Shown in pieces: positions 9,991 to 18,900 of a stretch of 52,351 nt of DNA. This DNA comes from a virus. Lineage: Duplodnaviria > Caudoviricetes. The position numbers and the translations under genes are program-made. Positions within the stretch are counted from its first letter, which is position 1; each line of letters opens with the position of its first letter. Location: positions 1 to 52,351 of IMG/VR virus record IMGVR_UViG_3300045733_000243. One strand, written 5' to 3'. The notes beneath the pieces were generated by a model. The model made no database searches, was not told the DNA's origin, and worked only from the letters and a program-made list of their open reading frames with translations.

Positions 9991-11877
9991 ATGATTACGG
10001 CTTATGGGGACGTTAACAATAACGCCCTGAGTGTTCCTGGCGTTTATGTTGAGATTGTCCCGCCGCAGATTGCAAATCTGAACGGCGTGCCCACCAACAT
10101 CGGCGGCTTCGTCGGAACTGCAAGCTGGGGGCCGGTCAACGCTCCCATCTCCTTCAGCGACGCACAGGGCGGCTTCCGCGCGTTCGGGCCGATGGTCAAT
10201 CGCGCGCACGATCTGACCACAGCCATCAGCGTGGCGGCATTGCAGGGCAACGCAGGCGCATTCGTCGGCGTGCGTGTGACCGATGGCACCGACACCGTGG
10301 CGACCGGCACTATCGGCGATCACGGCAACTCCACGTTTTGGGCCACCATCCGCGACGCCATCAACTCCGGCGCTGGCGTGTCGCGCGGGCCGTCTCAGCT
10401 CATCACGGCTGTGGCGTCGTCCACCAACCTCACGCTCAACGCCAAATACTCGGGCTCCTACGGCGCGAACATCAGCGTCACGCTGGGCAAGGGATCGAAG
10501 GCGGGCAGCTACAAGGTCACCATTGGCGCTCCGGGCCTCACCCCCGAGGTGTTCGACAATCTCGCGGCTGGCGTCGGCGGCGCTGTGGCGGCAACGGGCG
10601 GCATCGCCTTCACGGTCAACCCAACGGCGACCAAAGTGGTCACGTTGAGTGGGACCACCATCACCTTTGTGGCTTCCGGCGCGACCGCGCTTCAGTGCAA
10701 CGTCGGCGCGACATTGGCCGACACCATGGCCGCATTGCTCGTGAAGCTGCGGGCATCGACGGACACCCAGCTCGTCAAGTTCAGCTATGCCACGAGCGGG
10801 AACACCCTGCTTCTGGAAGCTGTCACCGCAGGCACGGCGGGCAACTCCCTGACCACCGTTACTGACGTGGTTGGAGCCACCGCATCGGGCGCGACGCTGT
10901 CCGGTGGAGCCGCTGTCATGTCCGCCCCGACACTGGTGGCGACCACCACGCTCACAGGCGGCACAGACGGCGCTACGGGCGTCACTGGCACGCATCTGCT
11001 TGGCTCCGACACCGTCACCCCGCGCACGGGCATGTATGCCTTGCGCAAGAAAGGGTGCTCGGCGGCTTGCCTGGTGGATTGCAGCGACCAGACCACGTTT
11101 GGCGCACAGGCCTCGTTCGGCTTGGGCGAAGGCATCCTGATGTACATCTGCGGCCCGGCTGGCGACACCATCGCCAACGCGGTCTCGGTGAAAGAATCGG
11201 CGGGCATCGACACCTACGCGCTGGTCTACGCGTTCGGCGATTGGCCAACCTTCAACGACACCACCAACCAGATCCAGCGGAAGATTTCCCCGCAGGCGTA
11301 TTTGGTCGGCCGCAGGATCAACCTGTCGCCCAACAACTCAGCGCTGAACAAGCCAATCTTCGGCATCGTCTGCACTGAGAAGAGCGCGGCCAATCTCGTG
11401 TACTCCGATGCGGAGATCGGGGAACTGTACCGCGCGGGCTTCGAGCTGATCACCAACAACCAGCCGGGCGGGAACTACTTCGGAGCCAGGACCGGGCGCA
11501 ACTCCAGTTCGGACAACGGCACGCACAACGACAGCTACTCCAGCATGACCAACTACATCGCCCGGACTATCGACGCGGGCATGGGGCGGTTCATCGGCCG
11601 GTTGCAGTCGCGCCGTCCGGACGATCCGCTGCGCCGCGACGTGCGCGCCACACTGGATGGCTTCTTCTGGACGATGGCCGATATGAAGCCGACGCCCATG
11701 ATTGACGATTTCCTCGTGGTCTGCGACCGGACCAACAACTCAGACACCACCATCGGCAACGGCTACGTCTACGCGCGCATCCAGGTTGTGTTCATGAGCG
11801 TCGTGGAGTTCTTCGTGGCGACGATTGAGGGCGGGCAGACTGTGGTTATTGAGAAGCAGAGCACTACTGTGCAGTGA
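9991..11877 (+). CDS. tail sheath protein
   Basis: PGVYVE...GFVGTASWGPVN N-terminus and VVCDRTNN C-terminus; GAGGA SD. Confidence 0.92.
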   Translation: MITAYGDVNNNALSVPGVYVEIVPPQIANLNGVPTNIGGFVGTASWGPVNAPISFSDAQGGFRAFGPMVNRAHDLTTAISVAALQGNAGAFVGVRVTDGTDTVATGTIGDHGNSTFWATIRDAINSGAGVSRGPSQLITAVASSTNLTLNAKYSGSYGANISVTLGKGSKAGSYKVTIGAPGLTPEVFDNLAAGVGGAVAATGGIAFTVNPTATKVVTLSGTTITFVASGATALQCNVGATLADTMAALLVKLRASTDTQLVKFSYATSGNTLLLEAVTAGTAGNSLTTVTDVVGATASGATLSGGAAVMSAPTLVATTTLTGGTDGATGVTGTHLLGSDTVTPRTGMYALRKKGCSAACLVDCSDQTTFGAQASFGLGEGILMYICGPAGDTIANAVSVKESAGIDTYALVYAFGDWPTFNDTTNQIQRKISPQAYLVGRRINLSPNNSALNKPIFGIVCTEKSAANLVYSDAEIGELYRAGFELITNNQPGGNYFGARTGRNSSSDNGTHNDSYSSMTNYIARTIDAGMGRFIGRLQSRRPDDPLRRDVRATLDGFFWTMADMKPTPMIDDFLVVCDRTNNSDTTIGNGYVYARIQVVFMSVVEFFVATIEGGQTVVIEKQSTTVQ

Positions 11878-11926
11878 TATCCGGCCAACACTAGCAATAT
11901 CATCCGCTGATAGAAAGTTTTGAGCG

Positions 11927-12361
11927 ATGACGATCAATTATTTAAATGTTGGCAAGGATCTGACCGTTGACCTTGTTGACCCCATGACAGGTGGAGCGCA
12001 AAGCTTCGCCATCATCACATCATTCGAATCCAAGGCGCTAACCAACAAACTTAAGTCAGTTAGTCTTGACGGTATTAGTCGGTATGGGACGGAATACAAC
12101 GGGTTCGAAGGAACTATTACGCTAGACCGCGCAACACCAGCAATGGACAACTTCTTTGCTGAGCGTGAGCGTCTTTATCATTCTGGCGTAAATATGATCC
12201 CGATGACGCTCACTGAAACTATCCAAGAGCAAGATGGCTCATTTACAACGTGGCGCTATTACGGCGTTGACTGTGAATTTCCCGAGCACGGGACTTGGAA
12301 GAACGGCGGACTGATTGTCCAGAAGCTTAGCTTTCGTGCTTCTGGACGGCTTAAAGTCTAA
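11927..12361 (+). CDS. tail tube protein
   Basis: 144 aa directly after the sheath gene, beta-rich, ending KLSFRAS. Confidence 0.8.
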   Translation: MTINYLNVGKDLTVDLVDPMTGGAQSFAIITSFESKALTNKLKSVSLDGISRYGTEYNGFEGTITLDRATPAMDNFFAERERLYHSGVNMIPMTLTETIQEQDGSFTTWRYYGVDCEFPEHGTWKNGGLIVQKLSFRASGRLKV

Positions 12362-12474
12362 GGTTTTCGCCGAATATACTTGAGAATTTAGCGAAAATTG
12401 CGTAGAAATAACGAAGCCGCACAGCGCTATCAACACTGTGCGGCTTCTGACACACAACGAGATGGAGCCTCGCC

Positions 12475-13029
12475 ATGGCTAGGAAAAAACGTACTTCGCC
12501 CGAAACTTTTGTCAAGCCAGTCCTCACGCAAGCGCGCGTCCGGGAGCTTTTTTGCTACAACCCTTATACAGGGGAACTCACCAGAAGGACCAGTAGGGGC
12601 GGAAAGGCAGCCGGTAGCGTTGCTGGCACACTTCGCAAAGACGGTTACATCGGTATCGCTATAGATGAGGCTGAATACCTCATACACCGGGTGATGTTTC
12701 TCTATGTACATGGATACATGCCAGCAGAAGTTGACCATAGAGATCTAGATAAGACCAACAACTGCATTGGCAACCTCAGAGCGTCGAGCCGCCAGCAGAA
12801 TATGGAAAATGTAGGCATTAGGAAAAACAATACAAGTGGGTTTAGGAAAAACAATACAAGTGGGTTTAAGGGTGTAACTTGGCACAACGTTAATTTACAA
12901 TGGCAAGCCAGAATTGCTGTTGGTGGCAAGAGAAAATCTCTTGGTTATTTTAATACCCCTGAGGAAGCCCACAAGGCATACTGCAAAGCAGCAAAGGCCC
13001 ACTTCGGAGAATTCGCGCGAGTAGCATAA
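12475..13029 (+). CDS. HNH endonuclease with AP2 DNA-binding domain
   Basis: VDHRDLDKTNNCIGNLR (HNH) and NTSGFKGV...WQARI...LGYFNTPEEAHKAY (AP2). Confidence 0.92.
   Translation: MARKKRTSPETFVKPVLTQARVRELFCYNPYTGELTRRTSRGGKAAGSVAGTLRKDGYIGIAIDEAEYLIHRVMFLYVHGYMPAEVDHRDLDKTNNCIGNLRASSRQQNMENVGIRKNNTSGFRKNNTSGFKGVTWHNVNLQWQARIAVGGKRKSLGYFNTPEEAHKAYCKAAKAHFGEFARVA
12818..12865 (+). repeat. exact 24-nt tandem duplication (RKNNTSGF x2)
   Basis: TTAGGAAAAACAATACAAGTGGGT occurs twice in tandem. Confidence 0.95.
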
Positions 13030-13071
13030 GCCCCACCCCACCCGAAACCAAAGCAACACAGAGCGACATCG

Positions 13072-13098
13072 AAACCCGACCGAGAGGCCGGGTTTTTT
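13072..13098 (+). terminator. intrinsic terminator-like hairpin
   Basis: AAACCCGACC-GAGA-GGCCGGGTTTTTT. Confidence 0.6.
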
Positions 13099-13126
13099 GT
13101 TGCGCGCAACACCACGGAGCAAAATC

Positions 13127-13519
13127 ATGGCCGGATTAAAGGTCAGAGACAACGTCGCCCCAGAGGCCCCCGCAGAGACTACCACACCCGCCCCCAAGGA
13201 TGAGAATAGGACCGAGGTTGCCACCGACAGCAAGGGCAGGCGCATCGGCGTTCGCCCCACAGACCCGGTCGGCCTCTTCGACATCACGCTGATGCTGGGC
13301 GAAAACGCCAGCAATTCCGCCGCACTCAACCAAGCGTTGGTCGCGTGCAGCGTCGTTTCCATCAACGGCGAAGACGTGCGCCCCCCGGTCACGATGCTCC
13401 AGCTTCGCGCCCGGATGGCATTGCTCGGCTTCCACGGATACTCGGCGGTAAAAGAGGCGCTGGACCGCTTCGTTAGCGATGAGGAAGAAGTCGCGGGAGT
13501 TGAAGCCGCAAAAAACTGA
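13127..13519 (+). CDS. tail assembly chaperone (gpG-like)
   Basis: Between tube and tape measure genes, GGAG SD, ends in the slippery sequence GCA AAA AAC TGA. Confidence 0.85.
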   Translation: MAGLKVRDNVAPEAPAETTTPAPKDENRTEVATDSKGRRIGVRPTDPVGLFDITLMLGENASNSAALNQALVACSVVSINGEDVRPPVTMLQLRARMALLGFHGYSAVKEALDRFVSDEEEVAGVEAAKN

Positions 13520-13689
13520 GCCGCGCGTCGGGCTTCAGGGATTTCTGCGCTCTCCTGAAGAACGGCGTGCCATGGGAACATGCTTACGGGATGAACCCTT
13601 ACAAGCGGATGGCGTTTTTGATTACCTTCGGGGAGCTGGAGGGGCGCAAATTCGACTGGCACTCTATGTCTTGGCTGGAAGAAAAGTAA
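13127..13689 (+). CDS. tail assembly chaperone -1 frameshift product (gpGT-like)
   Basis: A AAA AAC heptamer at 13510-13516. The -1 frame is open to TAA 13687-13689 and reads KLSRASGFRDFCALLKNGVPWEHAYG...GELEGRKFDWHSMSWLEEK. Confidence 0.8.
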
Positions 13690-14964
13690 ACCACCCCACG
13701 GCTAAAGCCGGGGGCTTTGTCCCTGTACTAGGCGGCGGATTTTAGACCGCAATGCCGTTCCGAGACTTGAGGCCAGTTTACTTTGGCCTTGGCGCTGATA
13801 TTCCGCGCCGCGTTAAGATCAGCGTGGGCTTCATGCCCGCAATGCCGACATTTGAACTCTGATTGACTGCGGCGGTTGGCTTTGTCAACTACGCCGCAGG
13901 CGTTGCACATCCGAGATGTATTTCGCGGATCAACGGCAAACACTTCAACACCCGCCAGTTGGGACTTGTACTCTATGAACTGGCGAAGCTGAAAGAAGGA
14001 CCATCCGTGTATACGAGCCCGCTGACGCTTATGAAGCCGTATTCTGTCGCGAATTCCGCTCAAGTCTTCGAGCGCAATCCCGCGTCCAGTGCCTTTGGCT
14101 GTCTCAACGAGATGCTTGGAAATGCAATGATTAGTGTGCGCCCGGAACCGGGCTTCCTTTTTGGACTGGCGTTTAAGCTTGCGTCTGATGCTTTTCGGCC
14201 GCTTTCCCTTGGCCTTGACTGCTGCGGCGGCCTTCTGAAGCGCGCGGCGCGCGGTAGCGAAACGCTGGCGGCAAGCCTCAATGGCGTCGCCAGACAAGAG
14301 ATCGCCGTCGCTCGTGGCTGCAATGTTGGCCACTCCGAGATCAACGCCGAGAAAATCCGTAGTTGGCGTCTTGGTCCCGTCCGGCAACGTCACTGTAACG
14401 AGCAAGAACCACAGCCCGTCCTTGCGCCGGACAAGATCGCATTGACCTTTGGCGGCGGTAAACCGCTCAGACTGATACTGCCCCATGACGAACGGAACAA
14501 TGATGCGACCCTTGAGCGTCAGCAACGACACACGGTCAACGCCCTTGAACGACATCATGCGCTGGTCAAACGGCATGGATGCAAATGGTCGGAAGCTTAC
14601 GCGCTTCGTCTTGTCGCGCTTGTACGCCTCACATGTCTGCGCGATACAGCGAACAGCCATCTGAGAGGAAAGGCTGAAATTGGCGCGAAGCTCAGCATAA
14701 TGAAGCTTCTGAAGCTCAATCTTATTCGTGCATCGGATATCGAACGCCTTACCTGCAAGCCAGTCGGCAGCGCGGTTAAACGCGCGCAACGTCGCCTCAA
14801 GATCGGCGATCTGCTCTTTCGATGGCAACAGTTGTGTTTGCAGGGTCATTTTCATTCCTCATGCATAGGCTGAAAACGTCACAATGTCAATCTTAAAACA
14901 ACAAGACGCGCATTCCTCCCCACGCATAAATGCGGGGGCTTCCAGCGCAAGCGGATTTGCTTCG
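13686..14964 (-). mobile_element. IS200/IS605-family (IS1341-like, tnpB-only) element
   Basis: Minus-strand left end has TAM TCAC and hairpin GAAG-CCCCCGCATTTATGCGTGGGG. Right end is AAAG-CCCCCGGCTTTAGCCGTGGGGTGGT-TTAC. Both guide/cleavage tetranucleotide pairs follow the IS608 pairing rule. Confidence 0.88.
13728..14855 (-). CDS. tnpB: RNA-guided endonuclease TnpB
   Basis: RuvC-I LGVDLG, RuvC-II IALEDL, CxxC..CxxC zinc finger, RuvC-III HADLNAARNI. TTGACA-17-TATGCA promoter upstream. Confidence 0.95.
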   Translation of the reverse strand: MKMTLQTQLLPSKEQIADLEATLRAFNRAADWLAGKAFDIRCTNKIELQKLHYAELRANFSLSSQMAVRCIAQTCEAYKRDKTKRVSFRPFASMPFDQRMMSFKGVDRVSLLTLKGRIIVPFVMGQYQSERFTAAKGQCDLVRRKDGLWFLLVTVTLPDGTKTPTTDFLGVDLGVANIAATSDGDLLSGDAIEACRQRFATARRALQKAAAAVKAKGKRPKSIRRKLKRQSKKEARFRAHTNHCISKHLVETAKGTGRGIALEDLSGIRDRIRLHKRQRARIHGWSFFQLRQFIEYKSQLAGVEVFAVDPRNTSRMCNACGVVDKANRRSQSEFKCRHCGHEAHADLNAARNISAKAKVNWPQVSERHCGLKSAA

Positions 14965-14986
14965 GTGACGATTTGCGAGGCTACCA

Positions 14987-15397
14987 ATGTCAACCCCAGG
15001 TGTGTTTGCGTCATTCCTTGTTGGTGTCGTCGCAGGGTTGCGGCATGATAGGGCATGCATTCTTGACGCTGCGGCCGAGATTATTGAGCGAGACGCCAAA
15101 GCGATCATAGGTACGCATGATGCTGGCTGGCCTCCGCTCCTGACAGAGACTATTGCCAAGAAGAAGACCGGCGACAGCCCCCTGCTTGAGACCGGCGAAC
15201 TGCGCGAAAGCATCCAACACACCGTTGTCGGAGATCACGCTTACGTCGGAAGCAACAGCGACAAGGCCGTGCACAACTTCCTCGGAACGGTGCACATCCC
15301 GGCGCGCGATCCGCTCGTGCCAGCGGCGATGCGGTGTGAGGCGGAGGTGACTGCGAAGGTGGGGAAGATTGTATTCTCGGGTCTGACGAAGGGTTAA
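14987..15397 (+). CDS. neck/virion morphogenesis protein (HK97 gp10 / Mu gpG-like)
   Basis: WPPL...TIAKK...PLLETGELRESI...VGSN...H..GT..IPAR motif. Confidence 0.8.
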   Translation: MSTPGVFASFLVGVVAGLRHDRACILDAAAEIIERDAKAIIGTHDAGWPPLLTETIAKKKTGDSPLLETGELRESIQHTVVGDHAYVGSNSDKAVHNFLGTVHIPARDPLVPAAMRCEAEVTAKVGKIVFSGLTKG

Positions 15398-15544
15398 CGG
15401 CGTATTGTCACCGAATATTTCGCATTTTCGCGCCAAGTTTAAGCTTTGTTCTAATAACTCAACTCGCATTTCTCGCCATCTGATGTTATTCCCGAAAGAT
15501 GATTCGCCCAACCTTGGCGACAAACAATAGGGGATCGATGGCAG

Positions 15545-15883
15545 ATGGCGATAATTCAAAGGTTTGCGGCTTGCTCTTTTATGGGAATGTTTGCGGTTGC
15601 TTTGTGCGCGGGTGGTGCGGCGGCTGGGCCTGCGGACGCCCGCCCGGACCTGTCGAAACCGCTCCGTACTCGCGTTGGGGCGCCCATCTGTGTGTCTCGT
15701 GAGGAATTGCAGGTTCTGATTGGCGGCGGAGAGAGCGACTCGTGCCTTCAAGCCGCGAAGGAGGTCACGGTCACCGTGTCCGAGCGGCCTGCTGTGTTTT
15801 CCGACATTATGCGCATTAGATTCAGAAGTTATGACGGAAAGCTCCTTGATGTATGGACTTTGCACAATGCCCTACAGAATTAG
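15545..15883 (+). CDS. hypothetical exported protein (moron-like)
   Basis: Signal-peptide-like N-terminus ending AAA, AT-rich upstream gap, own terminator. Confidence 0.6.
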   Translation: MAIIQRFAACSFMGMFAVALCAGGAAAGPADARPDLSKPLRTRVGAPICVSREELQVLIGGGESDSCLQAAKEVTVTVSERPAVFSDIMRIRFRSYDGKLLDVWTLHNALQN

Positions 15884-15909
15884 CTGAGATAAAAAACAAG
15901 AATAGTTTG

Positions 15910-15939
15910 AAAAAGGCCCGGCGATGAACCGGGCCTTTT
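15910..15939. terminator. bidirectional terminator-like hairpin
   Basis: AAAAAGGCCCGG-CGATGAA-CCGGGCCTTTT. Confidence 0.75.
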
Positions 15940-15978
15940 GCGTTTTCCCCTCATAGACTACTTCAAGGCTATTTAAAA

Positions 15979-18900
15979 ATGAGCAGTCCTTATCATATAG
16001 CCTTGGAGATCGCTCTTCACGACGGCGCGTCATCTGGTATCGCGGGCATTGCCAGACAAATGCTCGGCCTACAGGGTTCCGTCGATAAAGTCACCAAAGG
16101 GTTCGACGCCATTAAAATCGGCATCCTTGGCGTTGCCTCAGTGATGGCTGGCGGCGCCATCCTGCATGGGATGGGCGGCATCGTGGACAAGGGCAACGAG
16201 CTAGTCCGCGTCCAGCAAGCCATGAAGCTGGCTGGCGTGGACGCCCTCCAGGTGCAGGAAGCCACGAACAAGGCGTGGGAGCAGACCGGCAAGTACCTGA
16301 ACGTCAGTTCAGTCGATGTGCTGAAAATGATCAACGACAGCAGAATGATCTATGGTGATCAAGTTGAAGCCACCCACAAGATTGAGCCATTTGTCCGAAG
16401 TGCAGCCATTCTGAAAGCTATCAACCCTGAGAAAGGTGGCGAGCACGCGGACGCCATACGCGGCGAAATGTTTGCAGCCATAAAGAGTGGTGAACTTGCT
16501 GGCAAACTGACGACCAAGGAGATGGGGGAACATGTTGATCATCTGACAGCTATGAAAGTAGCGTTTGGCGAACAGATCAGCATTTCACAGTATTTGACTG
16601 CGCAAAGGGCTGCTGGCGTCTCCATGCGCAATGTTGATGATAATTTTCGATATGGTGTTTTTCCCGCTTTGGTCCAGGAGAATGGAGTCAACGCTGGCAC
16701 TATGCTCATGTCTGCATACAATAAGGTTGTGGCTGGGGTTGGATGGCGCACTAAAGCCGCTGAAGAGGGTGTGAATTTTGGACTGATCGACCCCAAGCAA
16801 GTAGAGTATGCCAAAAGCGGCCATATCAAGGGACTGACCAGCGCTGACGCCATACGAGGCAATAAGCTTGCCGCCGTCAATCCGCTCACGTGGACTGACC
16901 AAGTTTTGGCTCCACTTATGGCCAATTACATAAAGAAAAGGAAGATTCATGATCCTCTGCATAAAAAAATTGCAGAGGGCCAAGAGATATCAAGGCTATT
17001 TCCGGATCGGAATGTGGCCAAAACATACACTGAGCTTCTCCAACAGTCAAAAAAATTGCACAAGGACGAGAGCTATTCAAACTTAGCCTACAAAAGCGTT
17101 GCATCTGGCGGAGATGAATACCTTCAGAAAAACCTCGATTATCAGCAGCAGGCATTTCATGCGCAATGGAAGGGCTTCTTGGTCGCCCTTGGCTCGCCAC
17201 TTGTCCCAGCGGCAGCGGCGTCTCTCGCCAGCATCAACAAGGCCATGGCGGGTGTTACCGCTTGGGCTTCTGTGCATCCTGACGCTATCCAGGCCATTGG
17301 TATCGGGCTTGCGTCGCTGGCGACAGGTCTCGTAAGCGCTGGAGCAATCATGGTCGGCGGTGTTGTGGTCTCAGCCCTCGCCATGGCCGGGCCTCTCGTT
17401 CTGGCAATCGGTGGCATAGCGTCGGCCGTCGTTGGTCTCGGGGCCGTGCTATGGAGCGCGCTACCGGGCGAAGGCTACACCGGGGATGGAACCAAGGGCG
17501 AAAAGTGGCTGGAGCGTCGCCGGTCGGCCATGCGCCACGGTGACGGCATCCTTGCGCAGATGTGGAACGGCCTCAGCGACAAGGTGGCTTCTGTCCCGGA
17601 CATCGCTTCGGGCGCCGTTGCGCGCATCGCTACCACCTTTCAGCATATCGGCGGTGGCCTTTCAGCGGCGGTTGATGGCGTCATCAACGCGGGCACAGTG
17701 GTCGCGGGAAGGATCTCCGCCGCATTCCCGCAGATCATGGCGTCCATCATTGGCGGCATTCAGGCGGTTCCTGACCTCGCTGGCGGGGCGCTCCAGCGCG
17801 CCACGTCTATGCTGCAAGCTATTCGGGAGGGCATCCCTGCGGCCATCGGTGGCCTTGCGGACGGTGGCGGGAACGCCATCAGCGCGGTTGTGGCCTCCGT
17901 CTCTCGGGTTGCAACGGGCGTCTGGCAGACTATCGAAACGCTTGGGGCGGAGATTGCCAAGGCCGTCCCGCAACTCGCCACCAACGTTGCCAAAGCGCTT
18001 CCTGCCCTGGCCAGCGAATTGGTTGCAACTGGCGCGGCGCTGGCGACAGCCATCGGGGCGGTGATCGGGCGTATCGACTTCGCGTCGATCTGGGATGCTG
18101 TCGCGGCCACAGCGAAGGCAGGTGCAGAGGCCGTAAAGGGCCAGATTGCGGGCGCATGGGACTTCGCGAAAACGCTTCCTGCGATGCTCGCGACGTCAAT
18201 AGCCGCTGTCGGCGATGGGATTGCGGTGGCGGTTCAGAACCTTCCTGCGGTGATCGCCGGGGCTTCTGGCATTGTCGGGCGCTTGATTTCGAGCGGCCTC
18301 GCCACCCTTTGGGATGCTGCAAAATCTGCGGCGGAGAGTGGCGCGGGCCTTGTGCGCGGGATTGCGATGGACGCATGGGGTTTCATAAAGACGCTCCCTG
18401 CCACCATCGCGACGTCGATAGGCTCAATCGGGGAAGGTTTGGCCGCCTCTATGCAGGGACTTCGCGGGCGTGCTGTCGCCGCGATCTCCGGGATGATGCA
18501 GTTCGCCCTTGAAGGCGCGAAAGGGGCGCTGGCGGGCGCTAAAGACTGGGCCGTGGGCATGTTTCCGGGGCTTGGGGGCATGTTCGAGAATATCCAGAAG
18601 CAGATAACGGCGGGGCTATCTCACGTCCAGGGCTTGGCCATGACTGGCTTGTCTTGGGTGCAAGACGGCATGCCCGGACTTGGCGAGGGCATCCTTGCGG
18701 CGTTCGATGGTGTCAGAGGCTTCCTGTCCAATGCCGTTGGCGGGCTTTATCAGTGGTTTACTGGGATGGCTCCGAACCTATCCGGCGCGTTTGCGTCATT
18801 CGGCGGCATTGCTTCGCAGGTTGCAGCGGCGCTGGGCGCGGTCAAGGATCGGCTGCTTGATGGTTTGGTCGCTCTTCCCGGCTTCATCGGGCGGGCGATA

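Noticed and set aside
9670-10995. Long antisense ORFs (also 4667-5584, 6291-7340, 13863-14873, 28691-29557)
   Set aside because: These are shadow frames of GC-rich genes with no recognisable motifs.
13479-13745. 88-aa ORF as the chaperone extension
   Set aside because: It is the +1 frame and runs into the IS end; the -1 frame matches the slippery site.
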